This document shows positions 28,005 through 37,608 of a stretch of DNA of 64,000 nt, piece by piece. Origin of the DNA: an uncultured Clostridia bacterium (lineage in GTDB: Bacteria > Bacillota > Clostridia > Oscillospirales > CAG-272). Under the pieces are notes generated by a model. That model saw nothing but the letters and a program-made list of their open reading frames with translations, was not told where the DNA came from and searched no databases. Within the stretch, counting starts at the first letter, position 1, and each line of letters opens with the position of its first letter. The position numbers and the translations under genes were made by a program. Location: NCBI GenBank assembly GCA_947630625.1, contig CANRIL010000001.1:113574-177573 (forward strand). The letters are read 5' to 3'.

Positions 28005-28727
28005 TTATTCTACAACCCGATCATCCGCGAGCAGTTCAGAGAGCCGCATAACGATCGCTCGCTCATCTGACGTGTCCGCCCCGGAGATGTCCTTCCCTCT
28101 TATTATTCCATTATATTTTGAAATCTCATGTTCGAGATATTCGCGCCGGACGTTTTCGGACTCAAACTTTTTCAGCCTGAAATCCCCGTAAAACGCCGTA
28201 AAATCATCTGCGGCGCGCGCTGCTTTGCCCGTGCAGCCCGTGTAGTCGGCGCAGATAACAGTATAATATTTTCCCTCTTCGCACACCGTAAGCTCAGAGA
28301 TTATTAGAAATCCGCTGTCCCAGAGCGCGCGGCGCGCGGCGTCGTGCTTCGTCATTGGCTGGATCACAAGGCGAAACCCGTCCGACCTTATAAAACCGGC
28401 GCGCAAAATTATATCCGCTATCAGCTCGCCGCCCATACCGCATACGGCGGCGTCCGTGATCCCGCACGCATCAAGCGCGTCAAACCCGGACGTGAGAACG
28501 CATGTCACGCGGCTTTCAAGGCCGTGAGCCGAGATATTTTCCATCGCGCGCGCCAATGGCATTTGATTTATATCGGCGGCATATGCGCGCACGGCGAGCC
28601 CGGTTTCGACCGCGTATATCGGAAGAAACGCATGATCCGTACCGATATCGGCAAATATCGAGGACGGTCTTATGTATGACGCCGCCGCCGAAAGACGGGA
28701 GCTCAGAACTATATGTTTATTTTCCAT
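28005..28727 (-). CDS. trmK: tRNA (adenine22-N1)-methyltransferase TrmK
   Basis: LSSRL, ADIGTDHAFLP, CGMGGELI, VIQPMT. Confidence 0.88.
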   Translation of the reverse strand: MENKHIVLSSRLSAAASYIRPSSIFADIGTDHAFLPIYAVETGLAVRAYAADINQMPLARAMENISAHGLESRVTCVLTSGFDALDACGITDAAVCGMGGELIADIILRAGFIRSDGFRLVIQPMTKHDAARRALWDSGFLIISELTVCEEGKYYTVICADYTGCTGKAARAADDFTAFYGDFRLKKFESENVRREYLEHEISKYNGIIRGKDISGADTSDERAIVMRLSELLADDRVVE

Positions 28728-28777
28728 AAAAAGAAAGCAAGAGGGGCAAAAAGGTGTGCCCCTCAAACGCGGTTGCT

Positions 28778-28984
28778 TTATTTGTTCTTGCTTTCAAGGA
28801 ATTCGTTGATCTTGGCGACGAGCGCGTCCGGGTCGGTTGCGTGGACAGCGCACGCCTGCTCAATCGTTTCGCCGGCGGATGCGGGGCAGCCGAGGCAGTG
28901 CATGCCTATCTCGAAGAAGAATCTTGCGGTTTCACGGTCCATTTCGAGCACGTCTGTGATTATCGTATCCTTTGTTACTTTCAT
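28778..28984 (-). CDS. DUF1858 domain protein
   Basis: GMHCLGCPASAGETIEQAC.VH. Confidence 0.88.
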   Translation of the reverse strand: MKVTKDTIITDVLEMDRETARFFFEIGMHCLGCPASAGETIEQACAVHATDPDALVAKINEFLESKNK

Positions 28985-29015
28985 TTTGACCTCCGGAAAT
29001 ATTTAAAGTTTTTTA

Positions 29016-30329
29016 TTAACCTGCTTTTTCGTTTATCTCGCCGACGCTGTCGATCTTGTCATCGACGATCGGCACTTTCTTTATGATCGCTCCGAGCCCG
29101 GTCAGTTTTTCCACGATGTCTTCATATCCGCGCTCGATGTATTTGATATCGTAAATTTCGGTGACGCCCTTCGTCATAAGCGCCGCAATGAGCACTGCGA
29201 ACCCTGCTCTTAAATCGACGGCTTTGACGCGCGCCGGATGAAGCGATTCGACGCCCTCAATTATCGCTGTCGCCGTCTCTTCATTTACATTGATTTTTGC
29301 GCCCATCGCGCGAAGCTCGTTTACATAACGGAATCTTTCAGGCCAGATCGTCTCCCTTATATTGCTTATTCCGTTCGCAATCGAGAGCAGAGGCGCCATC
29401 TGCGGATGAAGGTCAGTCGGAAATCCGGGATAAGGCAGCGTTTTGATAGATGTCCGCCTGTAATTTCCCGAGCCCGTGACGATCACGGAATCGTCAAGCA
29501 TTTCGACCTCGGCGCCTATCTCTTCAAGCTTCGCCGCAATTGATTCGAGATGCTTTGGAATGACGTTGTTGATCTTTATATGACCGGATGTTGCGGCGGC
29601 GGCTATCATGAACGTCCCCGCCTCGATCATGTCAGGAATAATAGCGTATGTGCAGCCGTGCAGCTTTTCAACACCGCGTATCTTTATCATGTCCGTTCCG
29701 GCGCCTGTTATTCTCGCGCCGCACGTATTCAGAAAATTGGCGACATCAACGACGTGAGGTTCCTTCGCCGCATTGTCTATCGTTGTGATCCCCTTGGCGA
29801 GAACTGCCGCCAGCATGACATTTATTGTGGCTCCGACGGATATTCCGTCAAAATATACGCCGTTGCCGCGCACGCCGAGAGGCGCGTTTATCGTTATGTA
29901 TTCTTCGTCAGTCCTTACTTCACCGCCAAGCGCTTCAAGCCCCTTTATATGGTAATCGATCGGTCTTACGCCGAAATCGCATCCGCCGGGATAGCCGACA
30001 TGCGATTTGCCGAATCTGCCGAGCTCCGCGCCGAGCAGATAATATGACGCGCGCATCTGACCGACAAGATTGCGGTCGGAAGTCGACCCGACGAGGTTTT
30101 CCGTGTCTATCTCGATCGCGGAATCGCCAATGACCGTAATTTCCGCGCCCATTCCGCGGAGAATATCGAGAGAAGTTGAAACATCGCTTATATCCGGTAT
30201 ATTTTCAAGCCGGCATTTGCCGGAGACAAGAATTGTCGCATATATTATAGGCAAAGCGGCATTTTTCATGGCGCTTACGTCTACGCTGCCACGTAAGGGT
30301 ATTCCGCCCTCTATGACAAGCTTATCCAT
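29016..30329 (-). CDS. murA: UDP-N-acetylglucosamine 1-carboxyvinyltransferase
   Basis: KNAALP, MRASYY, PGGCDFG.RPID, PYPGFPTD, DLRAG, IERGYE. Confidence 0.96.
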   Translation of the reverse strand: MDKLVIEGGIPLRGSVDVSAMKNAALPIIYATILVSGKCRLENIPDISDVSTSLDILRGMGAEITVIGDSAIEIDTENLVGSTSDRNLVGQMRASYYLLGAELGRFGKSHVGYPGGCDFGVRPIDYHIKGLEALGGEVRTDEEYITINAPLGVRGNGVYFDGISVGATINVMLAAVLAKGITTIDNAAKEPHVVDVANFLNTCGARITGAGTDMIKIRGVEKLHGCTYAIIPDMIEAGTFMIAAAATSGHIKINNVIPKHLESIAAKLEEIGAEVEMLDDSVIVTGSGNYRRTSIKTLPYPGFPTDLHPQMAPLLSIANGISNIRETIWPERFRYVNELRAMGAKINVNEETATAIIEGVESLHPARVKAVDLRAGFAVLIAALMTKGVTEIYDIKYIERGYEDIVEKLTGLGAIIKKVPIVDDKIDSVGEINEKAG

Positions 30330-30625
30330 AATGATTATCCCTCCTTCGGGAATATGTATTCAAAAGCGCGTTTAGAGCGCGCGGAAGAAATATTCTGAGC
30401 CTTGAGCGTCAGGCCACAGACATGGCATGACCATAATATTATAGCAGACAACGGAAAGAAAAGAAAGTGTTAATTAAAAATTTTTATTTTTGTTCATAAT
30501 TTCGCACCTTTTAGATAATTATATAAGGCCATTTTAGGCAAAAGTATACATAATGCACACGAGAGTTTCCTGAAACTGAAGGCTATTATGATTATATTCG
30601 GTGCGTATATTTTGTGTGTCGGATT

Positions 30626-31744
30626 TCAGGGTTCAAATGTCAGGACGCCTTCTATATAGCATATAACGGCGAGGTCGGCGACGAGCCCGTAGCTGCGCGT
30701 ACCCTGTGTGCCCTGAAGCGTCAGATATGTGTTGTTTATCGTTCCGGACACTGTCGCGGCGATATTTTCTTCGTATTTTTCGAAAAATTTATTATATGAG
30801 CGCATCTCGTTCACGACATGCGCGTCAAGTCTTGAGTAGCAGTCGCTGTAAAGTTTCCGGTCTGCGCGGGAAAGCGCGGAGTAAACGTATTCAAGCAGCC
30901 CCTGTGTGCCGCAGTATCTGATATAGGCGTCGTCGCTCTCCATGCAGATGAGGTACGCCATAAAGTTTGCTTCGTCTTCCGGCGCGATGCCGCGCTGATG
31001 GGACATTTCGTGCGCCATCGTATAGACTATCGTGTAATCCGGGAAATTAATGTTGACGTTTGCTTCCCCGGTAAAAAACGTGTAAACGCCCGCGATATGC
31101 GTATACGTCATCGGCTCGCTCAGCGCGATCGACTTCACGCGCGAACGCAGCGGCATAATGAAGCTGTATTTCTCGCTCGCCTTTATATACGCGTCGTTGA
31201 GTTTGTCGTTGAGTTCGTTCATCGAATACGGCATGACGGATGAGCCGTCCCTGTCGAATTCGACATCTTTTGCTTCGAGGTTGACCGTTTCCGTGAGGGC
31301 GACGGCAGTCTCATATATCTCATCCGCGGAAATGCCGCGGCGCTGCACGCCGAGCTTTTCCGTCACAGAGGAGCCCTGATATCCTGTGCCGAGCGTGAAC
31401 ACAAAAATGATGTAAATATATGCGATTATGGACAAAAGCGACGTGATATATCTGACGCTCCCCGCCTTTTCCCCCGCAATTTTCGGAATAACTCCGAATA
31501 TGACGATTATAAGCAGCGGTATCAGAAAAAGTACCATCGTCTCGGCGAGCGAGAACGGGAGCCATCCCGTCAAAAATGCGTAGACGGCGCGGAAAAAGGA
31601 CGCGATATAGATATTGAAAAAGTCCGCAAAGCGCGGCGAAAAAACGCTGATTATATGGATCAGCGCTGCTATCGGAAGGATCGCGAATATGACCATCGGC
31701 ACGGCCGGAACATATTTGTTTATCTTCTTCAGTGTCTCTTTCAT
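30626..31744 (-). CDS. DUF3810 family membrane-anchored zinc-peptidase-like protein
   Basis: FFTGEANVN, HEMSH (HExxH), EDEANF. Confidence 0.85.
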   Translation of the reverse strand: MKETLKKINKYVPAVPMVIFAILPIAALIHIISVFSPRFADFFNIYIASFFRAVYAFLTGWLPFSLAETMVLFLIPLLIIVIFGVIPKIAGEKAGSVRYITSLLSIIAYIYIIFVFTLGTGYQGSSVTEKLGVQRRGISADEIYETAVALTETVNLEAKDVEFDRDGSSVMPYSMNELNDKLNDAYIKASEKYSFIMPLRSRVKSIALSEPMTYTHIAGVYTFFTGEANVNINFPDYTIVYTMAHEMSHQRGIAPEDEANFMAYLICMESDDAYIRYCGTQGLLEYVYSALSRADRKLYSDCYSRLDAHVVNEMRSYNKFFEKYEENIAATVSGTINNTYLTLQGTQGTRSYGLVADLAVICYIEGVLTFEP

Positions 31745-31745
31745 A

Positions 31746-32654
31746 TCAAAAATCTATTTGCTTTCCTGTAAGTTTCAGAATATCATCTGGTATCGGTGCC
31801 GTCACGGTGACGGTGCCGGATGATGCCGGAAATGTGAGCCTGTACGCATGGAGCGCCTGCCGCCCGATAAATTCGCGGCTGCCGCCGTACAGCTCATCCC
31901 CGGTGATCGGATGTCCTATGGAAGAAAAATGAACGCGGAGCTGGTGCGTTCTGCCCGTAACGGGTTCCGCGGCTACGATCGTATGGCCGCCGCATTTATA
32001 TAGGCACGTATAATTCGTTTCGGCAAAGTCCGCGCCGACCGTGTATTCGGGGACGGACTCGCGCAGGATTATTGTGTCCGCTCTTCGCTTTATATATGAG
32101 ACGATTTTGCCGCTCTGTCCGCATGGCAGCTGCAGTATCCCGTCAAGCACCGCGATATATGTCTTTTTTATGTTTCCCGCCGCCATATGACGCGCAAGGA
32201 TTGACGATGAAAGCTTGCTTTTCGCGAGCAGCACTGCCCCGCTCGTGTCCGCGTCAAGCCGGTTGACGGCTCTGAAAACGAACGGCAGCCCTCGTCTTCT
32301 GTATTCCGCGCAAAGCGCGTTCGCGAGTGTGTCAAGGTAATGACCGTGAGACGTATGCGTTGGCATGCCGCTCGGTTTGTTGACTACAAAAGCTCCCTCA
32401 TCCTCATAGATAATATCGACTATATCCTCCGACGGAAAGATATAGTCGTTTTCGTCTTCATATGTATCAGCGTCATCAGCGACTATTATGTCGCCTTCAC
32501 GGACAACGGCGCGGACGGTAACGTCCGCCCCGTTGAGCGTTATGCCGTGCGGGCGCGCCTTGAGGAGCTTTATAAGAGTTCCGGACGCGCCGCACGTGCG
32601 AAGGACGCTGTATATTGTTTTGCCGTTTAAATCGGCGTCCGCGATTATTCTCAC
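31746..32654 (-). CDS. RluA-family pseudouridine synthase
   Basis: VNKPSG, NRLDADTSG, TGRTHQLRVH, QALHA. Confidence 0.92.
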   Translation of the reverse strand: MRIIADADLNGKTIYSVLRTCGASGTLIKLLKARPHGITLNGADVTVRAVVREGDIIVADDADTYEDENDYIFPSEDIVDIIYEDEGAFVVNKPSGMPTHTSHGHYLDTLANALCAEYRRRGLPFVFRAVNRLDADTSGAVLLAKSKLSSSILARHMAAGNIKKTYIAVLDGILQLPCGQSGKIVSYIKRRADTIILRESVPEYTVGADFAETNYTCLYKCGGHTIVAAEPVTGRTHQLRVHFSSIGHPITGDELYGGSREFIGRQALHAYRLTFPASSGTVTVTAPIPDDILKLTGKQIDF

Positions 32655-33715
32655 TCAGCCGAGAAAGAAAATACGGTCGTGTAGTCGTAGACCTCGCCGG
32701 GGGCGAGCTCCGTCGACGGAAATTCGGGATGGTTCGGGCTGTCGGGATAATGCTGCGTCTCAAGGCAGAGCGCGGCGAATCTGCGTTTCGGCACGCCGCC
32801 TTTATACGGAGCCTCCGTAGTGTCGATGCAGTTGCCTGTATAGAGCTGGATCGCCGGCTGGTTCGTATAAACCTTCATGACTCTGCCCGATTTCGGATCG
32901 CGCACCGTTGCCGCAAGCTCGCACCTGCCGCCGTTGTCGAGGATGAAGTTGTGGTCATAGCCCTGTCCGTATCTGAGCTGGACATCGTCTTTACCGATAT
33001 CTCTTCCGACGGGCTTCGGCGTCCTGAAATCGTGAGGCGTGCCGTCGACCTTGATGATCTTCCCTGTCGGTATCAGCTCCGCGTCAACTTCGCCGTAAGC
33101 GTCTGAATTGATCATCACCTCATGGTCGAGTATATCTCCGACCTCGTATCCGGCAAGGTTGAAATATGAATGATTCGTCAGGTTCAGCACTGTCCGCTTG
33201 TCTGTCTTCGCCGTATAGCGGATCGAGAAATCGCATGAATCTACCGGGAGCGTATATATTACGTGCAGAGTTAAAGTTCCCGGATAGCCCTCCTCGCCGT
33301 CCGGCGAGACGTAGGAAAGATCGAGCGACATTTCCTTTTCGTTGTCGGCTAAGACCGTGACCTCCCACATGCGGCGGTCAAATCCGACCTTTCCGCCGTG
33401 AAGGTGGTTATGTACGTTATCGTTTTTATAAAGCGGGTATGTAACGCCGTCAAGCGTGAATTTCGCGCCGCCAATGCGGTTGCAGTACCGGCCGATTATC
33501 GCGCCCGGATATCCTCCGCACGTGAGATATGAATCGGGGTCGTCGTATCCGCACACAACGTCTGCCATAACGCCGTTTTTGTCGGGAACGTTTATTGAAA
33601 CAATCGTTCCGCCGAGGTCGATGAAGCGGACGCTCATTTTACCGTTGTCCATCGTGTAAGCTGTAACGGTAACTCCGTCGCGCGTCACGCCGAAAGTTGA
33701 TTTTGTGATGCTCAT
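32651..33715 (-). CDS. galM: aldose 1-epimerase (galactose mutarotase)
   Basis: GRYCNRI, HLHGG, NLTNHSYFNL, YDHNF, CLETQHYPDSPN. Confidence 0.94.
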   Translation of the reverse strand: MSITKSTFGVTRDGVTVTAYTMDNGKMSVRFIDLGGTIVSINVPDKNGVMADVVCGYDDPDSYLTCGGYPGAIIGRYCNRIGGAKFTLDGVTYPLYKNDNVHNHLHGGKVGFDRRMWEVTVLADNEKEMSLDLSYVSPDGEEGYPGTLTLHVIYTLPVDSCDFSIRYTAKTDKRTVLNLTNHSYFNLAGYEVGDILDHEVMINSDAYGEVDAELIPTGKIIKVDGTPHDFRTPKPVGRDIGKDDVQLRYGQGYDHNFILDNGGRCELAATVRDPKSGRVMKVYTNQPAIQLYTGNCIDTTEAPYKGGVPKRRFAALCLETQHYPDSPNHPEFPSTELAPGEVYDYTTVFSFSAE

Positions 33716-33718
33716 ATT

Positions 33719-34735
33719 TCAGTCCTCGTAGCCCTTAGGATTTTTGACGACGAAATTATATGAATCACGGCACATATCGTCGAGCGTTAGTTCGGATTCC
33801 CATCCGAGCACTTCTTTCGCGCGAGTCGGGTCGGCGTATGATACGGCGATATCTCCCGCGCGGCGCGGCTGGATGTTGCGCTTGATCGGCTTGCCGCACG
33901 CGCGCTCGTAGGCGTCGATCACTTCAAAGACGGAGTACCCTCTCCCGCAGCCGATGTTGTAAGTTTCCCAGCCGACGACATTGGCGGCGCGCCTGAGCGC
34001 GGCGATGTGCGCCTTCGCGAGGTCGGTCACATGAATATAGTCGCGGATTCCCGTTCCGTCAGGCGTATCGTAATCCGTGCCGAAGACGGTTATCGAATCC
34101 CATTCGCCGAGCGCGACCTTCTGGATGCGCGGAATTATGTTGTTCGGTATGCCCATCGGGTCCTCTCCGAGCAGCCCGCTCTTGTGCGCGCCGATCGGAT
34201 TGAAATAACGCAGACATGAAACGCTCCATTCCGGGTCGGAAACGCAGAGGTCGGCAAGAATGCGCTCGATGATTATCTTCGTCTCGCCGTACGGGTTCGT
34301 CGCGTGCGTGATCGGGAAATTTTCCTTCATGGGCACGCTTTCGGGCTCGCCGTAAACCGTGGCGGACGACGAGAAGACGATGCGCTTTACGCCGTGAGCC
34401 GACATGCTCTCGCAGAGCTTGATCGTTCCTGCGATATTGTTGTAGTAATATGTGAGCGGTATCTTTACCGATTCGCCGACGGCCTTCAGCCCGGCAAAAT
34501 GTATCACGGCGTCGATCTTATTCTCGTCGAATATGCGGTCGAGCGCTTCGCGGTCGAGCATATCGGCTTCGTAAAATTTAAAATCCTTGCCGGTTATCTC
34601 TTTTATTCTGCTTATGACACACGGCTTGCTGTTGTAGAAATTGTCGAATACGACAACGTCATAACCTGCCGTCAGAAGCTCGACGACTGTATGCGAACCG
34701 ATAAATCCTGTGCCGCCTGAAACGAGTATAGTCAT
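33719..34735 (-). CDS. galE: UDP-glucose 4-epimerase
   Basis: GGTGFIGSH, HFAGLKAVGES, FSSSATVYG, YGETK, LRYFNP. Confidence 0.96.
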   Translation of the reverse strand: MTILVSGGTGFIGSHTVVELLTAGYDVVVFDNFYNSKPCVISRIKEITGKDFKFYEADMLDREALDRIFDENKIDAVIHFAGLKAVGESVKIPLTYYYNNIAGTIKLCESMSAHGVKRIVFSSSATVYGEPESVPMKENFPITHATNPYGETKIIIERILADLCVSDPEWSVSCLRYFNPIGAHKSGLLGEDPMGIPNNIIPRIQKVALGEWDSITVFGTDYDTPDGTGIRDYIHVTDLAKAHIAALRRAANVVGWETYNIGCGRGYSVFEVIDAYERACGKPIKRNIQPRRAGDIAVSYADPTRAKEVLGWESELTLDDMCRDSYNFVVKNPKGYED

Positions 34736-34753
34736 TTTTTCAGCCTCCGTTTC

Positions 34754-35671
34754 TTATGCCCAGAGGTCATCCGGGTATACGCCCGCCTCAACGAGCGAAT
34801 TGATGCCCGCAGCGACCGTCGGCTTGTCCTCGCGGACGGTGACGCCGTACCAGTGCGCGCTGCTCGTGAGCATGTCGACCTCGCACTTGCCCGCCGTTAT
34901 CATCTCGAATACGGCCGTCGGCAAAAGCGCCTCGCACTTCATGGGGTCGCGGTCAGGGTTTGTAAGCGTTTTCAAAACGTTTTCACGCAGCGCCGGGAAA
35001 ATATCCTTCGTCATGCCCCAGCAGTTCATTGAAACTATCGAATTTTCATCGAGCGGGACCCAAACGTCGTTTTCAAGCGACTCCGCGCCTTCCGGTATCT
35101 CAGCGTTCGGGCGGATCTTGAACGTTTCGACGATCGAGGTGAGCTTGCCCGCTTCGTTTGTCTTGCATATGCCGCGCGTGACAGTTCCGTTCGGCGACAT
35201 CGTGTTTTTGAGCACGTATCCGACCATGCAGTAATGTCCGAAATCGCCCGTCGCCTTTGCGTCGCGAAGGAACTCGGCAATTTTTTCGTACATTTCCCTG
35301 CCGTAGAAATCATCGGCGTTGATGACGGCAAAAACGTCGTCTCCTACAACGGATTCAGCGCAGAGCAGCGCGTGCGACGTGCCGAGCGGCTTCGTTCTTC
35401 CTTCGGGGACGACAACGCCTTCTGGAACGTTGTCAAGCGTCTGATACGCGTATTCAACCTTGATCTTGCCGCGCAGACGAGCGCCGATCGTTTCTTCAAA
35501 ATCGCTCTCGTTTTCGGGCTTGATGATGAACACGACCCGGTCAAACCCTGCTCTTATAGCATCATAGACGGAAAAATCAATGATGAAATTCCCATGCTTC
35601 GTGATGGGGTCGATCTGTTTGAGTCCGCCATAACGGGAACCCATGCCTGCTGCCAGTACAACGAGTGTCAT
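34754..35671 (-). CDS. sugar-phosphate nucleotidyltransferase
   Basis: LAAGMGSRYGGLKQ, INADDFYG, VSMNCWG. Confidence 0.88.
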   Translation of the reverse strand: MTLVVLAAGMGSRYGGLKQIDPITKHGNFIIDFSVYDAIRAGFDRVVFIIKPENESDFEETIGARLRGKIKVEYAYQTLDNVPEGVVVPEGRTKPLGTSHALLCAESVVGDDVFAVINADDFYGREMYEKIAEFLRDAKATGDFGHYCMVGYVLKNTMSPNGTVTRGICKTNEAGKLTSIVETFKIRPNAEIPEGAESLENDVWVPLDENSIVSMNCWGMTKDIFPALRENVLKTLTNPDRDPMKCEALLPTAVFEMITAGKCEVDMLTSSAHWYGVTVREDKPTVAAGINSLVEAGVYPDDLWA

Positions 35672-35681
35672 AATAAATACC

Positions 35682-36542
35682 TCAGTTCGTTTGAATTATA
35701 TTCTTTGCCGCCGTAAGTGTATTTTGCAGCAGCATAGATATCGTCATAGGGCCTACACCGCCGGGAACCGGCGTTATGTAGGACGCGATCGCGGACACGG
35801 ATCCAAAATCAACGTCTCCGCAGAGCTTGCCGTTTTCGTCTCTGTTCATGCCGACATCAATGATGACGGCGCCCGGCTTCACCATATCGGCAGTTATAAA
35901 TTTTGCCTTGCCGACGGCAGAGACAAGAATATCGGCTTCTTTTGTGACGGACGCGAGCTCTTTTGTCTTCGAATGGCACACGGTCACAGTTCCGTCTGCG
36001 GCGAGCAGAAGGATCGCCATCGGCTTGCCAACAATGTTGCTCCTGCCGACAACGACGCACCGCGCACCGCTGATTTTTATATCGTAATAGCGCAAAAGCT
36101 CCATTATCCCTGCGGGAGTGCACGGCAGAAGCGCCGCCTCTCCCTTCAATATTTTGCCGACGTTTATCGAATGAAACGCGTCAACGTCCTTTTCCGGGAC
36201 AATGCGTTCCGTTATATGCGATTCATCAATATGACGCGGCAGCGGCAGCTGCACGAGAATTCCGTGAACGTCCTTTTCAACGTTAAGTCTGTCTATCAGC
36301 GACAAAAGCTCGTCTTCGGTCGTATTTTCGGGGAGCTCGTATACCCATGAATTGAATCCGACCTCCTCGCAGCCGCGCTTTTTGTTGCGGACATAAACGG
36401 CTGACGCCGGATCATTGCCGACTATAATGACGGCAAGCCCCGGCTTGGTTTCCATGCCGGAAACCTCCGCCTTTATCCTTTCACGCACCGACGCGCTGAC
36501 CGCGCGCCCGTCAATTATCGCCGCCTGCATCTTCCCCGTCAT
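35682..36542 (-). CDS. folD: methylenetetrahydrofolate dehydrogenase/cyclohydrolase
   Basis: YVRNK, GILVQLPLP, KDVD, PCTP, GRSNIVGKP, TPVPGGVGPMT; start overlaps the lgt tail. Confidence 0.96.
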   Translation of the reverse strand: MTGKMQAAIIDGRAVSASVRERIKAEVSGMETKPGLAVIIVGNDPASAVYVRNKKRGCEEVGFNSWVYELPENTTEDELLSLIDRLNVEKDVHGILVQLPLPRHIDESHITERIVPEKDVDAFHSINVGKILKGEAALLPCTPAGIMELLRYYDIKISGARCVVVGRSNIVGKPMAILLLAADGTVTVCHSKTKELASVTKEADILVSAVGKAKFITADMVKPGAVIIDVGMNRDENGKLCGDVDFGSVSAIASYITPVPGGVGPMTISMLLQNTLTAAKNIIQTN

Positions 36543-37524
36543 GTCCTTCCTCAGCATCTGTCCAGTCGTTGTCGTCATACGCGCTGTCCGTGTCCTCAAC
36601 GGCTGTATCTTCATCGTCGGTGAAAAGCTCGCCGTCGTCCACATCAGACGTGCCGTCCGCGCCGTCAGCCAATCTGACCGACGCGCCGCGGCGCCTGATC
36701 CCAAGCACCACAAGCGTCACAGCGCCGCCGATAAACAGGCAGAACGCGAGAAGCTGCGACACGCGTATCCCGGTGTTTCCGATATAAAGGCTGTCCGTGC
36801 GAAGCCCCTCGATCAGCATCCTGCCGAAACCGTACCACGTGACGTACCACAAAAACGCCTGCCCGTCATATTTTTTATGCTTAAGGAGCCGGAATATGAG
36901 GGCGAACCCGAGAATGTTCCAAAGGGACTCATAGAGGAACGTCGGGTGATAATAATGCGTGATGCCGAATGCGTTTTTGATGCCCATGCGGCAGAATATG
37001 TCAGTTTCAACGCCGTGCGCCTCCGCGTTCATAAAGTTGCCCCATCTGCCTATCGCCTGACCGAGCAGCGCCGCATGGCCAGCCATATCGAGTATCTTAA
37101 GGAATGAAATATGCTTTATGCGCGAGACAACGACGACCGTGATCGCCGCGGCAATGACGCCGCCGTATATCGCAAGCCCGCCTTCCCAGACGGCGACAAT
37201 ATTGTAAAGCGTCCCCGTCAGCTTTTCCCAGAACGAGCCTTCGGTGACGGTGAAATTGCCGATTCCGTGGAACAGCACGTAATAGAGCCTTGCACCGATG
37301 ACGCCGAAAACGATCGAGAAGATAAAGTAGTCAAGAATATCGTCGGTGCTGATGCCGGCTTTTTTTGCCTTGATAAAAACAACGGCGCAGACGGAGATTA
37401 TCGCAAGCGTCACGATGATGCCGTACCATGCGACGGTCCTGCCGAACAGGGTGAACGCGATTTTATTTACCTGAAATTCCCCGATCCCAAGGCCGGGAAA
37501 TGAGAGCGTATTTACCTCGGACAT
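36511..37524 (-). CDS. lgt: prolipoprotein diacylglyceryl transferase with acidic C-terminal tail
   Basis: WYG, GARLYYV, GGLAIYGG, QAIGRWGNF.N.E, HPTFLYES, EGLRTD; SD AAGGAGG. Confidence 0.95.
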   Translation of the reverse strand: MSEVNTLSFPGLGIGEFQVNKIAFTLFGRTVAWYGIIVTLAIISVCAVVFIKAKKAGISTDDILDYFIFSIVFGVIGARLYYVLFHGIGNFTVTEGSFWEKLTGTLYNIVAVWEGGLAIYGGVIAAAITVVVVSRIKHISFLKILDMAGHAALLGQAIGRWGNFMNAEAHGVETDIFCRMGIKNAFGITHYYHPTFLYESLWNILGFALIFRLLKHKKYDGQAFLWYVTWYGFGRMLIEGLRTDSLYIGNTGIRVSQLLAFCLFIGGAVTLVVLGIRRRGASVRLADGADGTSDVDDGELFTDDEDTAVEDTDSAYDDNDWTDAEEGHDGEDAGGDN

Positions 37525-37550
37525 CCGGATCCTCCTTTTCCGGCGCAAAC

Positions 37551-37595
37551 AAAAGACGCCTTATATATTGTACAATACTTCGGCGTCTTTTGCAA
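37551..37595 (-). promoter_or_regulatory. terminator hairpin overlapping the lgt promoter
   Basis: Minus strand AAAAGACGCC...GGCGTCTTTT stem overlapping TTGCAA-N17-TACAAT. Confidence 0.6.
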
Positions 37596-37608
37596 GAGAA
37601 TAGTCGAT

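Noticed and set aside
30335-30440. Riboswitch in the murA leader
   Set aside because: Only small hairpins; no known aptamer consensus or expression platform recognisable
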